Origin: Ginkgo biloba
Taxonomy: Eukaryota > Plantae > Ginkgophyta
Direction: 5' to 3'
Assembly (NCBI GenBank): GCA_024626585.2
Contig: JANKJI020000002.1
Location: 193,037,201-193,058,140, forward strand
Length of the DNA: 20,940 nucleotides
A model generated the notes under the pieces. That model had not been told where the DNA came from. It was given only the letters and a program-made list of their open reading frames with translations, and searched no databases. Below, piece after piece: positions 1 through 11,914 of the stretch. The first letter of the stretch is position 1. The number at the start of each line of letters is the position of its first letter. The translations under genes were made by a program, and so were the position numbers.

Positions 1-219
1 TGATGATGAAAGAATCCTTCATAGGTTTGACTCCCTCCCATTCTCCATCCTTGTGCCTCACCTCTAGTCTACCAACCAAAGGTCTTCAATGTTATCTTCA
101 TCCACCAATTCTTTATCATCCACCATTTCTTTATCACCAAATACAAAGAAAAACTTTAACTTTAACCACTCTATTCTTCAGTCTGCAATAATCCCAACCA
201 TTAAGGAACATAAATTGTA

Positions 220-225
220 TTTATT
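220..225 (-). promoter_or_regulatory. Possible polyadenylation signal AATAAA in the 3' UTR
   Basis: Plus-strand TTTATT lies about 200 nt downstream of the stop at 422. The hexamer is common in AT-rich DNA. Confidence 0.25.
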
Positions 226-421
226 ATTCAAAAATTTGACGGCAAATTTAAGATAAATCTTCAAACAGAGTTTTGATAAAACCTGGTTAAAGAACGTAAA
301 ATATTGATTGCCAAGGCAAAGAGATCGTAGCAGAGATTAACAAACTGCATAATATTGCAAACTACGATTACTACACAAAGACTAACAATTAGACCTCACT
401 TTAATCCTTCATTACCAAAGC

Positions 422-1054
422 TCATGAAGGCTGAGAAACTCTGGCTACCTTCACCTGCTGATCTGAAGGCATATCCGAAGGGGCATGCATATCGGTAGTC
501 AAAGGAGCCATTCCCTGATATTGAGGATTAACCACAGGAGCTGCTTGTGTGTAGTACACCTGCCGAGGGTTTGGTTCATACATGACATGTTGGTATGAAT
601 ATGGCTGATCCGAAGGAACGGGCATTGGTACAGCAGCAGCAGGAGGAGGAGGTTGAGATGGCCTGTACATCATCCTTGCATCGCTTGCCACGGGTGCAGA
701 CGCTACTCCTCCACCTCCAGCTGGCGGTCCGGCATACATTGGAACCTTGGGCACCTGTTGAGGAATAGGAATTTGGTCTCTGTAAGGATCTGTAACTTAT
801 GGCGCAGTCTGCCTCTGAATGGGTGCTGTCGCTCGCACTGTTGTAACAGGATTGGATGAAGGCACCTCAGCACTGTAAACCATAGGTGCATTTACCCTCT
901 GAACCGGGTAGTACCCTCCCGAAGCTTGCCCAGTCGGACGAACAGATGTCATGGTCTGCAACATGGGAGATCCAGCTGGGACAAAGTAGACGGGAATTGC
1001 AGACTGTTCTCCGTGTTGGGGTTGATGTTGAAGCTGAGAACATTTTATATACAC
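422..1054 (-). pseudogene. 3' coding region of a Pro/Gln/Tyr-rich protein, probably a plant PB1 (octicosapeptide/Phox/Bem1p) domain family member, interrupted by an in-frame TAA at 797-799 (pseudogene, nonsense allele or base error)
   Basis: ORFs 797-1054 and 422-754 share a frame and read through as ...QRQTAP*VTDPYRDQIPIPQQVPKVPMYAG... to TGA at 422-424. GC content is high, with about 19 CpGs counted by eye, against near absence elsewhere. Motifs PVYFVP, GGYYPVQR, RQVYYTQ...QYQGM and the terminal KVARVSQPS recall the C-termini of Arabidopsis At5g09620/At5g64430-type PB1 proteins (from memory). The PB1 domain itself is not in the window. Confidence 0.6.
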
Positions 1055-1080
1055 CTAGTGAAGTGAACCAAAAATAGAAT
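1055..1080 (-). promoter_or_regulatory. Candidate 3' splice acceptor (phase 0) for the terminal exon
   Basis: The minus strand reads ATTCTATTTTTGGTTCACTTCACTAG|GTG, a pyrimidine-rich tract ending in TAG|G where GC/CpG content drops. The TAG could instead be a mutated CAG codon. Confidence 0.4.
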
Positions 1081-1699
1081 CATCTATTTGACACAAAAAT
1101 AGTATTAAATTCGTCACTCTCTTCTTATTTTCCTCTGGTCTAAGACAGATTGGAAGTGGAAGTTCCATTACAAACCCTAGTAGTTGATAAGGTTGAAAGT
1201 TGGTAGGGATTTGAAGAAGAAGATAACCAAATCCTTCAAATGTTATGGAATGCAGAAGAGGTATCATTATGTTATGATCAACAGTTAAAAATACCACTAA
1301 CACACGTTCATGATGAGAAAAATTTATTCAAACAATTTATCAAGAAGTTTTTTAATGGATCTTTACAAGTCATAGAGAAGGAACACATGAGAGAAGTCAA
1401 AATGATTAATATTGAGTACTATGGAAACATAAAATAAAAGATAAATCAGGATGAAATACTAATTAACAAATATTTGTGTGGAATCAAGAATATCTCATAC
1501 AAATATCCACACAAAAATGTGTTGCCCAATGGGAAATTCATTAAATATTCATTTTCATAAAATAAAATGGTATTAACCTTGTAAATAATGCACATACAAA
1601 TTTTCCACATTGTCAAACCATCAATTATATAAAATTTTGATCTTATTTTATTTCTTTCAATATAGTAAATACGTGTTTGAACATTTGAAATACATTTCA

Positions 1700-2190
1700 A
1701 TCATGATAATAAGGTAAAAACTTTATGGCAAGTCTGATGTTTCATTAAACAACATTGGCATAGCTTCCATATTCAAGGGAGAAGCTTGAGATCAATTGAA
1801 AGTGCATGATTTATCACTTTCACCAAGCTTTGGCCATGCAAGGTGATGAAGTTGGAAGAATATGAATCCCTTAATTTTCTACTTCCAACCCCTTGAGAAA
1901 AATTTGGGACAAAAAAAACTTGGGGGTCAAGCTCAAGACTCTTTTCTTGGGAATTAGAAAATCATCTTCCTTCAAAATGGGCTTTAAATGTTTGAAAACT
2001 CATCCCCATTAATCACCCAATTCCTTGGGTTTTTCTTATAGTCGATCATGTTTGTAATAAACTAGGTTGTTACACTTGAACACATCTCTCCATAGGCAAC
2101 ATTTAGTTTCCCAACTACTTTTGGTCCCATATTCATTTTTCTGATACCTTTAATTCTAGGTGAATTAAAGTTTCACATTATCCCATTCCC
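1700..2190 (-). mobile_element. Possible highly degraded Ty3/gypsy integrase core remnant
   Basis: Manual minus-strand translation across frameshifts gives VTT*FITNM...NWVINGDEFSN, IPKKRVLSLTPKF and YSSNFITLHGQS. These occur in the expected order for gypsy integrase motifs DFITxLP..IWVVVDRFSK, PxxIVSDRDPKF and SSxYHPQTDGQ. Similarity is weak. Confidence 0.35.
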
Positions 2191-5100
2191 AAGAAGTCAT
2201 AAAAAATACAAAGAAAAGAAAGAGTTTAGTTTGAGTTCATCCCATTCTACCACCCACCATCCCTACAACACTAGAAACTCTCATATCTAAATCACATCCT
2301 TCCCTTATCTTGTTTAATACATAATATACTATTATTTATAGGAAACTTGATAAGTTCATTGGGCATTGATGCATCCAAAGAAATCAATCAAGAATTTATG
2401 ATGAAGATTAAGACATGTCAAAAATAGAATGAGAATCCCTGGTGAAGATATTACATGATCAGGTCTATTCATCTCAAGCAATGATAACTAGATGTGCATA
2501 TAAATTTATAAATGTATGAGATCCGAGTGTGAAAATTAAAAGATGTGGTGCATTAAATTTTATCAAATTATTTATAACTTTTTCATTTGAGATGGCATTC
2601 AGGAACATTAAAATTTTGTGACATTAGAGCAATGAATCATAACTCCAAATTGAAGCAAGAAGAGGGAATTCCTCAAGGTCACATGTCTAATCAAAATGAA
2701 ACGTTATTACATGAAATAAAAAATGTTCCCTAACAAGGGAAATGTTACAAAAATTGGTTCTGATATATGATTTACAATTATGATCTCAAGTTATACATAT
2801 ATCTAGTTAAATAATTGAGGTTTCAGGAAAGAGTTGAAATAAATAATAGNNNNNNNNNNNNNNNNNNNNNNNNNNNNNNNNNNNNNNNNNNNNNNNNNNN
2901 NNNNNNNNNNNNNNNNNNNNNNNNNNNNNNNNNNNNNNNNNNNNNNNNNATCAGGATTTTTTTTCTTTTATCCTTTTCCTCACCTACCTTATACTTTTCT
3001 CCATTTTCTTATTTAGGTTATGGATTATTTTGATATTTCTTCTTTTCTTTCATTATTTATTGTTTGAATTATGTTTAATGCGTTATAACTTCCTTGTATA
3101 ATATGAATATAATGATTTTATTTTATTTTATTTTGTTCTTTATGTTTTAGTTAGTTTTGCATTTTATATAAATATCTAATGGAACTACCCCTTATAATTA
3201 TGGAGGGATTTTGACTCCCATTTTTATACCAATTTTGTGTGATCCCATCCTTGGGTTTGGAAGTCAAATACTTATTTTTCTAGGATACACAAAATATGGT
3301 CAACAAGATCATATGTACATTGATGGATACTAGGTTAAACAAGAGTATGAATATTCATCTACAAATTTATGCCCAATCTATAGTTCTTAATAGGATAGTG
3401 TTGTATCTCTTGAGGATGTATAGTAGAGTGTATCTTAGAAAATAATAAAAAATTTCACACCAATGTAAGGATTGCCCCCTGATCTTTATCTTCATAAAAT
3501 CTATCTTCTAGTGTTCTATATATTATTGAATCAAAAAATAGATCTCCAATTATTTGAGTTAAGAATCAAGTTTCTCTGCATTTATATTCCAATCGTATGT
3601 TGGGATTTAGACCATTATTTCTACCTTAAAGGTAGTGTTTAAATTTTTCATAGGTATATGCACTCTTAGCATAATGATAATTAGAATACTACTTGAATGC
3701 ATACTACTAATAATAATAATACTAGTTATAGAAGACATTGGTGGAATATGTAAGGACCAATCTTAGTATAATTGCAAGTGTTATGACATTTAGTCATCAA
3801 GGTTTGCTCAAAGTTAATCTAGGATTTTCTCTAGATGATCAACCTTTTCTCTTTCATTTTATATTACAAGTATTTTGTGCCATTCTCACCAACCTCCATT
3901 TGATAACTTGATTTATCTTCATCTTGAGCTGACAAGGATTGTTAGGTTCTATTGTAACTTAACAAGGATGCATTTATGGTTTTTTATTATTTGAAAATAG
4001 TCTAAATATAAAATAGAAATTGAAGTGAAAAATACATAAAATAGAAAGAAATATGACTTGCAATAGAAATGAAAATGGCTACAAAGAAATAGATGAGAGA
4101 TGATTATGATAATATTTCTAAAAGTAATAACCCAATATGTTCACCATGTATGTTATGTATAACTAGCAACACTTGGATTGTAATAGGATATAGTTACCAA
4201 CTATAATAATAAATTGTTAATGCTCTATGTATATAAGGGGTAGAGGTCCTTATGCAAAAATATTCCTTAGGGATGGATCTTTCTTTATTTGAAATGACTT
4301 TCTTGATAGATAGTGATACCAACAATATTAGATGTAAAGAGAGACCAAAATAAAATAATCTATAAGAAAAAAAAGTATAAATGAACATGCATAAAACCTC
4401 AAAATCAAGAAGAAATGGAACAAATAGTGANNNNNNNNNNNNNNNNNNNNNNNNNNNNNNNNNNNNNNTGTAAATGAAATAAATGGATTTTATTAATGGT
4501 TAAGTTGGAAAGAGAATATATGTAATCTTAACAATGGAGGTTTATATGATGGAGTGGGAAAACCCTCTCTTCCTTCTCCTCTCACTCTCTTCTTATAAGA
4601 AATAAGCTATGCATGTGTGAGTGGTTGAAATGCCTTCAATATATGAACCCTTGATGAAATCCTTATGATAAGAGCCTTCAATCCTTCTCAATCCTTATCT
4701 TGAAGTGGAGATAAGAGCCTTTAGGTGATAGCATATATAATAGAGATTACTCCCTTTGCCTTTATAATATAGGGGTAGTTATATCATGAAATAAACCTCA
4801 TGACCTCAACTTTGTTAATGCTCATGATGAATAATTTGGTATATCACATTATTCATTTTAATATTCNNNNNNNNNNAAGGTCAAGGTTTTATTTTAATGC
4901 ACACTAATGTATTATGATTTTTTATTATTAAATGATATAATAAGAGAACTCATAAATCAATATAAAAAAAATGTGAAGTAGAAATAGACTAATGAATATT
5001 TATACATGTGCATAAATCAACGATCCATAGCACGTAAAAGGTCCTTGTGAAAAGAGAAATGATGATGTTAATAAGAACATAACATGTTGTACATGAGAAT

Positions 5101-6889
5101 GAAAGGGATTCATAAGGGAACCAAGGTAATATATGAGATCAATGTATAATTTGAGTGAAAAATAGAGTAATATCATATAATTAGGTGTAAATGTGAAATT
5201 AATAATATTATGATTTGTGCAAAATATATCTAATGTAAATATTTAAATGCTCATAATGAAATGTAAATATGTTGTATTAGCAATGAAAATATAATGGTGT
5301 TTAAAGGGGAAATAATAGTTATACATTATCATATTTTCCCTTAGAATTTCTTTGTATTGCTTAAGTTACTCATTTATGCCTAGGCCACGTCAAACCCTCC
5401 TATATTAATATCAAGGGTCAGATCTTCATAGATTGTTCTAACATCTTGCTACTTCTTATTTCCTAACGCTTTAATATTCCATGATACAATTCTTTAATTT
5501 CTCTTCATTTCTAATTTATATAACCATGTCCTTTCTTGAGGTGTAATATTCTTATTATGTTCCTTACTACATTTTTTTCTATTTAATCTAACATTATCCA
5601 ATGTATATTGTCTTCTTAACTTTCTTTGTTCTTTTGATAAAGGTGCCTAGGTTTCTTTAATTACAAGGCTACCTAATTATTTTATAAACCCTTAGTTTTG
5701 TAGCACTTTTATCTAATTTCAAAGGAAGCAGAGACTTTGACTTCTCATCCATTATGAAATTTTTGAGATTACTGTCATGATTTTATTTAAATAATTCTTT
5801 TAGAAGTTGGATTTGGTTCTCTTATTCTTTCCTTTCAAACTAACTTGTGGATTTCTCATTCTTTGTTCACTTTTCTATTAATTATTGATGCAAATAAAGA
5901 TAAATATAAAAATAAATATGNNNNNNNNNNNNNNNNNNNNNNNNNNNNNNNNNNNNNNNNNNNNNNNNNNNNNNNNNNNNNNNNNNNNNNNNNNNNNNNN
6001 NNNNNNNNNNNNNNNNNNNNATACCCTCATTAGCAAAGTATTAAGTCGTTAGTGATTAGAAATTAATGTCATTAATTAGTTATTAATGGTTAGTGGTTAA
6101 TGATTAGTGTAGTATTGATGTAAATGACCTTTGTGAAGTGTGGGTGGTAATTAGTACATTACACATACATGTGTGCACGTACGCATGCTTATTTATTTAC
6201 TTTTAAAATATTATCAATATTTCTATAATAAAGGGGACATGTTGAAAGAAATCCATGATCTATAAATTCTTAAGAGGTTATTAGTATTTCTAGTTTTAAT
6301 CAAATATTAGCAAATAAGTATGAGTTGATGATTAATATTAGTAACTTTATTGAATATCTTTGTCTATGTTAAATGGCTTAGATACTTATATTACTAGTTA
6401 AATACATAATAGTATTTAGAATAATGAGTTTGGAAGTTCTTTTTCAATACATTAATAGCATGCATGTGCACATGCACACATACAAAATAATTAATGGTAG
6501 TGTGTAGTGATTGTTCTTTTGCTTAGTCTATTATTCATTATTAACTCAAGTTTGAATTTATATGGTGGAATTTCTACTACTACACAATGAATCCCAAAAA
6601 ATAATAATAACTAATTATTGAAGTTAAAGGAAGTAAACTAAGCTCGTAATAGAAAAAGAAAATAAGAAATCATAATCCAGATAAGAGATAGGTAAGCCTG
6701 GTGCTAGATGGAGATCCTTTTATCTAGTGCTCATTAGAGTTAGTTATCATGCCATACAGTATTTTTTATTTTAGAGGAAAAATTATTTATTTTTATTATT
6801 AGTGAAGGTAGATTTATATAAATATTAGTTGACAATTTTAAATGACTAATTTCTTATAGTTTTCTTTTAACTAAACCTTACCATTAAGA

Positions 6890-7090
6890 AATTATGAGGA
6901 CAACTCTTACATTAGGAAAAGATAAATTTACCCTAAACCTATAATGAGGGTAAATGTATGTTCAACTTACATGAGGGTAGCTCTACCTTCAACTTAAGAT
7001 GAGGATATCTCTACAAAAAGAAAAAAAAAGACTATTTATCATCAAAACTAAAAATAAGTCTACCCTCATAGATATTTTAGGGTAGAGCTT
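6890..7090. repeat. Degenerate ~27-bp repeats built from alternating TACCCT(CA)/(TG)AGGGTA motifs
   Basis: A perfect inverted pair ATTTACCCT (6926-6934)/AGGGTAAAT (6947-6955). TGAGGGTAG (6972-6980)/CTACCTTCA (6983-6991). CTACCCT (7060-7066)/AGGGTAG (7079-7085). Direct units TTCAACTTACATGAGGGTAGCTCTAC and TTCAACTTAAGATGAGGATATCTCTAC start at 6961 and 6988. Confidence 0.6.
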
Positions 7091-9899
7091 TACATATAAA
7101 CACAAGGTCATCATGAACCCTATGATTCTATCTAAAAATAAGACTTCACAAGTTAAATGGTTAAGTTAGATTTATAATAAATAAGGTTAAAAATAAAAAA
7201 AAGAGAAGAATATAAAGAGACTTATCATTTATCCCCTCTAATTCATCTTGAAGGTCCCCTTAAACCATCTGATCAATGACTTGATTAATTACCTTTATGT
7301 GTAATATCCTATATTAGCCTTTGAGAGACTTTTTACTAGAGGTGGGTAGATCTTTTCCCTCTAAGATCTCTTTCATCTCTTAGTTGACTGCCTCTTTTTA
7401 TAATCATTATTGTTGGGATTACTCTTTCTAAGTATGTTAAATTTTCCTAAGGTCATTTTGAATCTAAAAGGTAGATTCCTCATATTCTACTACTAGGGAA
7501 GGTAAGGCTCTCCATGATGTATTCTNNNNNNNNNNNNNNNNNNNNNNNNNNNNNNNNNNNNNNNNNNNNNNNNNNNNNNNNNNNNNNNNNNNNNNNNNNN
7601 NNNNNNNNNNNNNNNNNNNNNNNNNNNNNNNNNNNNNNNNNNNNNNNNNNNNNNNNNNNNNNNNNNNNNNNNNNNNNNNNNNNNNNNNNNNNNNNNNNNN
7701 NNNNNNNNNNNNNNNNNNNNNNNNNNNNNNNNNNNNNNNNNNNNNNNNNNNNNNNNNNNNNNNNNNNNNNNNNNNNNNNNNNNNNNNNNNNNNNNNNNNN
7801 NNNNNNNNNNNNNNNNNNNNNNNNNNNNNNNNNNNNNNNNNNNNNNNNNNNNNNNNNNNNNNNNNNNNNNNNNNNNNNNNNNNNNNNNNNNNNNNNNNNN
7901 NNNNNNNNNNNNNNNNNNNNNNNNNNNNNNNNNNNNNNNNNNNNNNNNNNNNNNNNNNNNNNNNNNNNNNNNNNNNNNNNNNNNNNNNNNNNNNNNNNNN
8001 NNNNNNNNNNNNNNNNNNNNNNNNNNNNNNNNNNNNNNNNNNNNNNNNNNNNNNNNNNNNNNNNNNNNNNNNNNNNNNNNNNNNNNNNNNNNNNNNNNNN
8101 NNNNNNNNNNNNNNNNNNNNNNNNNNNNNNNNNNNNNNNNNNNNNNNNNNNNNNNNNNNNNNNNNNNNNNNNNNNNNNNNNNNNNNNNNNNNNNNNNNNN
8201 NNNNNNNNNNNNNNNNNNNNNNNNNNNNNNNNNNNNNNNNNNNNNNNNNNNNNNNNNNNNNNNNNNNNNNNNNNNNNNNNNNNNNNNNNNNNNNNNNNNN
8301 NNNNNNNNNNNNNNNNNNNNNNNNNNNNNNNNNNNNNNNNNNNNNNNNNNNNNNNNNNNNNNNNNNNNNNNNNNNNNNNNNNNNNNNNNNNNNNNNNNNN
8401 NNNNNNNNNNNNNNNNNNNNNNNNNNNNNNNNNNNNNNNCCACATGTTCAACTAAGTGCGCAACTACAAATTTATTCAATGTCTTTTTAACTCTTAGGAA
8501 AAGGTGTAGTATGGTAGGAAAATCTCTCAATGGTAGAAGAAAGTTGTTGTGAATAATTAAGTAAAAGGTATAATGAGATAGAACAAATATGCTATGCATA
8601 GGAAAAAAGACATGACATTGATAGTCATGTATAATAGCAAAATAATTCAAGCAATCTAGCCTAAACATAACACAATTCGAGATATTGTATAGAAGTATAG
8701 AAATATATGAAATTTAAATAAGGATTAACCAATCCTAGAAGTGATTTATGTATCTATTTTAAGACAATTTTATATACCATACAATACTAAGACATGATTA
8801 GGTTTAGATCATTCCATTCTAAGTCATATGGACACAAATAATTTGTTAGGAATATTTTATCCATTAAATTTTTATTTTTCATATTACTTCTATCACATAG
8901 AGATTCTATTTTATCTATATCAAACTGAATTAATGGAGAATAATGACCTTAGTTAAATATCTAATATCCACTCATTATAGATAAGTGTATAAACTTGAGA
9001 GGGTGATTGATATTATGTAAGTTGGATACTTAAGCCTAATTTTTGTATTATAAGGACATTGACTCATTTCAAATCCTCAATAAAAATATAACACTTCTTC
9101 CTCTAAGAGTTCACTTATTATCGTTATCTAGAATCATAAGCACCCTCTATTAATTTCTTCATAACCTCTACTATGTGACTTAAATATTTTTTATATTTGA
9201 TTTCATTAACTTCTTTAGAGGTTGATTCATTTCTTTATAATTCAACATCCATTCTCATAGATTGAGTCTATATATCTACCAACTCATTTTATTTTTATTA
9301 AAAAGGAGGAAATAAATAATAATTTATTCCATTATTATGGGTTATAACTTCTTTAATAGGTCAAAGAAAAACACATTAGGTCCCGATTTCTTTCATTGAT
9401 TTATTCCTAATTTTGATTGTAATCTCTTTTGTCTCCTTAAGGAATGCTAATTGTATTTGACTNNNNNNNNNNNNNNNNNNNNNNNNNNNNNNNNNNNNNN
9501 NNNNNNNNNNNNNNNNNNNNNNNNNNNNNNNNNNNNNNNNNNNNNNNNNNNNNNNNNNNNNNNNNNNNNNNNNNNNNNNNNNNNNNNNNNNNNNNNNNNN
9601 NNNNNNNNNNNNNNNNNNNNNNNNNNNNNNNNNNNNNNNNNNNNNNNNNNNNNNNNNNNNNNNNNNNNNNNNNNNNNNNNNNNNNNNNNNNNNNNNNNNN
9701 NNNNNNNNNNNNNNNNNTATTAATGTCACAATTTCTATTGCACCAAGGGCACTTTGTCCCTTCCTAAGGATATATTAATTATAAGATAAATTAGGGAGAA
9801 AGCTATAATTTCCTTTTTAATTACTTTAATCTAGGTTACCACATTACTATTGATTGAATTTAATAGAACTTGGGCCATGTCAACCAATTCCTCTCTTTT

Positions 9900-11810
9900 C
9901 AAAACTGTGAATAATTTGAAGTGAGAAGTGAAAATATAGGTTATATGCTCCATTACAAAACTATATTNNNNNNNNNNNNNNNNGCTCCAGTACAAAACTA
10001 TATTTAGAAAGAAAAATGGATATCCAATCCTAAGAAAATGGTATGAGCTTGATGGTGACTCAATTTTTACCACTAACTCCTTTTGGAAGAGTGACACTAT
10101 ACAAGGCCTTTACCAATTTCTAAAATTCCTTTGGGATTCACCTTTTTATACAACTTATTCATTAATAGCCTCAAACCTCATATCCACATTGAGGTGTTGA
10201 AGGAAGGTACTACTTCCTATAAGGACCCCATCAAGAAGTTATTGACTATTGAGGAATATTAAGTTCAAGTTGGAATGAATACAATAAAATCCTCCCATTC
10301 CTCTATTGTCTTAGAAAATTAAGTATGCCACTAATGATGGGGCTACTAATTCTAAACCTTCTCATTCTAGTGACAGGTTATTGGACCCCATTACCTCTAA
10401 CATTTAACAACTATAATACATCATTATGAGTGCCTCTATGTCCTCCTCCATGAACAGGTCATCTAAAAATATATTTGAATTTTAAAAGAAGGATATCAAA
10501 ATGATCCATCTAGTAAAGAGGGATCTAAAGTCTTCACTTGAGGTTTCTCCTCCACCTAGTTGACTTCTCTTATATCACATAAAATGGTGCGATTACCACA
10601 AGTACCCTAGATATGACCAATATAATTGATTTTTAATATGGAAGTTGATGAGGATCTTCTCTAATTTAGAGTGTCCTAACTCAACCAAATAAAGAGAAAA
10701 GATTATTCCAAAATACTTTCCTTGACCACAACACTAAGACTGAGGGAAAGAAATACAAACCTCACAAGAAGAAGAAGAAGAAGAATAAAGAAAATACTTA
10801 TTCAAGTCCATTTACTACCTCCTCTTCTTCATTAAAAAAATAATAAACTTCCAAAGATAGGAAGTTAGTGGTCCATTATTGGTAGGTTAGAGATGGGTTA
10901 AAAGTATCACCGAACTCTGAAATAGTGCCACCTTCTTCCAAGTATTTAGAGGATCATAAAGGGAAATCCAAGGCCATTACCTTTCTTGATGTAGTTCTAT
11001 TAAAGCTTAAGGAATTATTTGTTACTGCTTGAACTCAATTTCATAAAGAGGCAGAATTTTCCTTTGACCTTCCTCACCCAGTGACTTCTCTTAAGTAACC
11101 TTCTCTCACTTTGGACCCTTATCATATAAGGCCTATGTCCACTAGAATTATTAAGGGTAATTTTATAATACCTCTCCATTAATTAAAAAAATTTAATTTA
11201 TATTCTATGATTGAGTAATTATATTTAGTTTCCTCAGGTATGTCTCTTATGGATGTGTTAAAAAGTTATCTAGAGTATAGAAAGGACTTATTACTACATT
11301 CTTTACCTTATTGCCTAATTCATGAAATGATTTCCTTAATTTAGATCTTCATAATCTCCCTAATGAATAAATTCATAAAGATAACATTTCTAATCCTTTC
11401 CACATCAAAGTCAAAATTGGGGATTTCATCGTTCAAATATTTATTATGGATCTAGGATCCTCTGTTAGTGTCATATGATTCTTGATCAATGAGAAGCTAG
11501 GCATAGAATCACTCCACCATAGTTCCTAATTATGTTATGTCTATGATAATCTATACAAAGATCACATAGGACATGTTTATCTCTTTATTATCCTATGCAT
11601 TAAATTATTTTGCATTGAGGTCAATGTTCTTAATTAATAACTCCACTATATTCTTCTCCTAGGGAGATGATAGATAAATGAAATAGAGGTTATTATCTTG
11701 TCTCTATTTATATATATCCAAATTTTCCATTTTAATTATCTTTATATTATGAAGTGCGTGTCACCTAGAACTAAAATTACTTCATCTAGTGCTCCTACTA
11801 TCCCACTAGT
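9900..11810 (+). mobile_element. Degenerate Ty3/gypsy (Tat/Ogre-like) LTR retrotransposon gag-aspartic protease relic
   Basis: Motifs in order: gag helix LFINSLKPHIHIEVLKEGTTSYKDPIKKLLTIEE (~10155-10256); KWCDYHKYPRYD at 10582-10617 (CxYHxxxGH-type knuckle); linker SMIE*L..SSGMSLMDVLKSYLEYRKDL (~11204-11290); protease PFHIKVKIGDFIVQIFIMDLGSSVSVI with Asp at 11449; HYILLLGR at 11644-11667 (consensus YNLLLGRPW). Many stop codons. Confidence 0.75.
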
Positions 11811-11914
11811 TAAANNNNNNNNNNNNNNNNNNNNNNNNNNNNNNNNNNNNNNNNNNNNNNNNNNNNNNNNNNNNNNNNNNNNNNNNNNNNNNNNNNNNNN
11901 NNNNNNNNNNNNNN

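Noticed and set aside
797-799. U-to-C RNA editing or programmed readthrough restoring the stop codon
   Set aside because: U-to-C editing is established only in organelles of hornworts, ferns and some lycophytes, whereas this is nuclear-type DNA. TAA-G is not a leaky readthrough context.
653-1077. ORFs 653-859(+), 703-891(-) and 886-1077(+)
   Set aside because: Shadow frames of the GC-rich coding region, with no independent coding signal.
2330-2760. Possible gag relic on the plus strand (FMMKIKTCQK*NE..YY.R)
   Set aside because: Only one weak motif, which is not enough support.
2950-5920. LTR, PBS or PPT-like words (ATACCAA ~3226, GCCCCCT ~3474, LTR-like 4550-4780)
   Set aside because: Short partial matches with no paired LTR or TG..CA termini.
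7480-8668. Long ORFs (313-391 aa), and similar X-filled ORFs at other gaps
   Set aside because: They are open only because N runs contain no stop codons.
9947-10004. 21-bp direct repeat GCTCCA(T/G)TACAAAACTATATT flanking a 16-N gap
   Set aside because: Most likely overlapping contig ends left unmerged because of one mismatch, not a target-site duplication.
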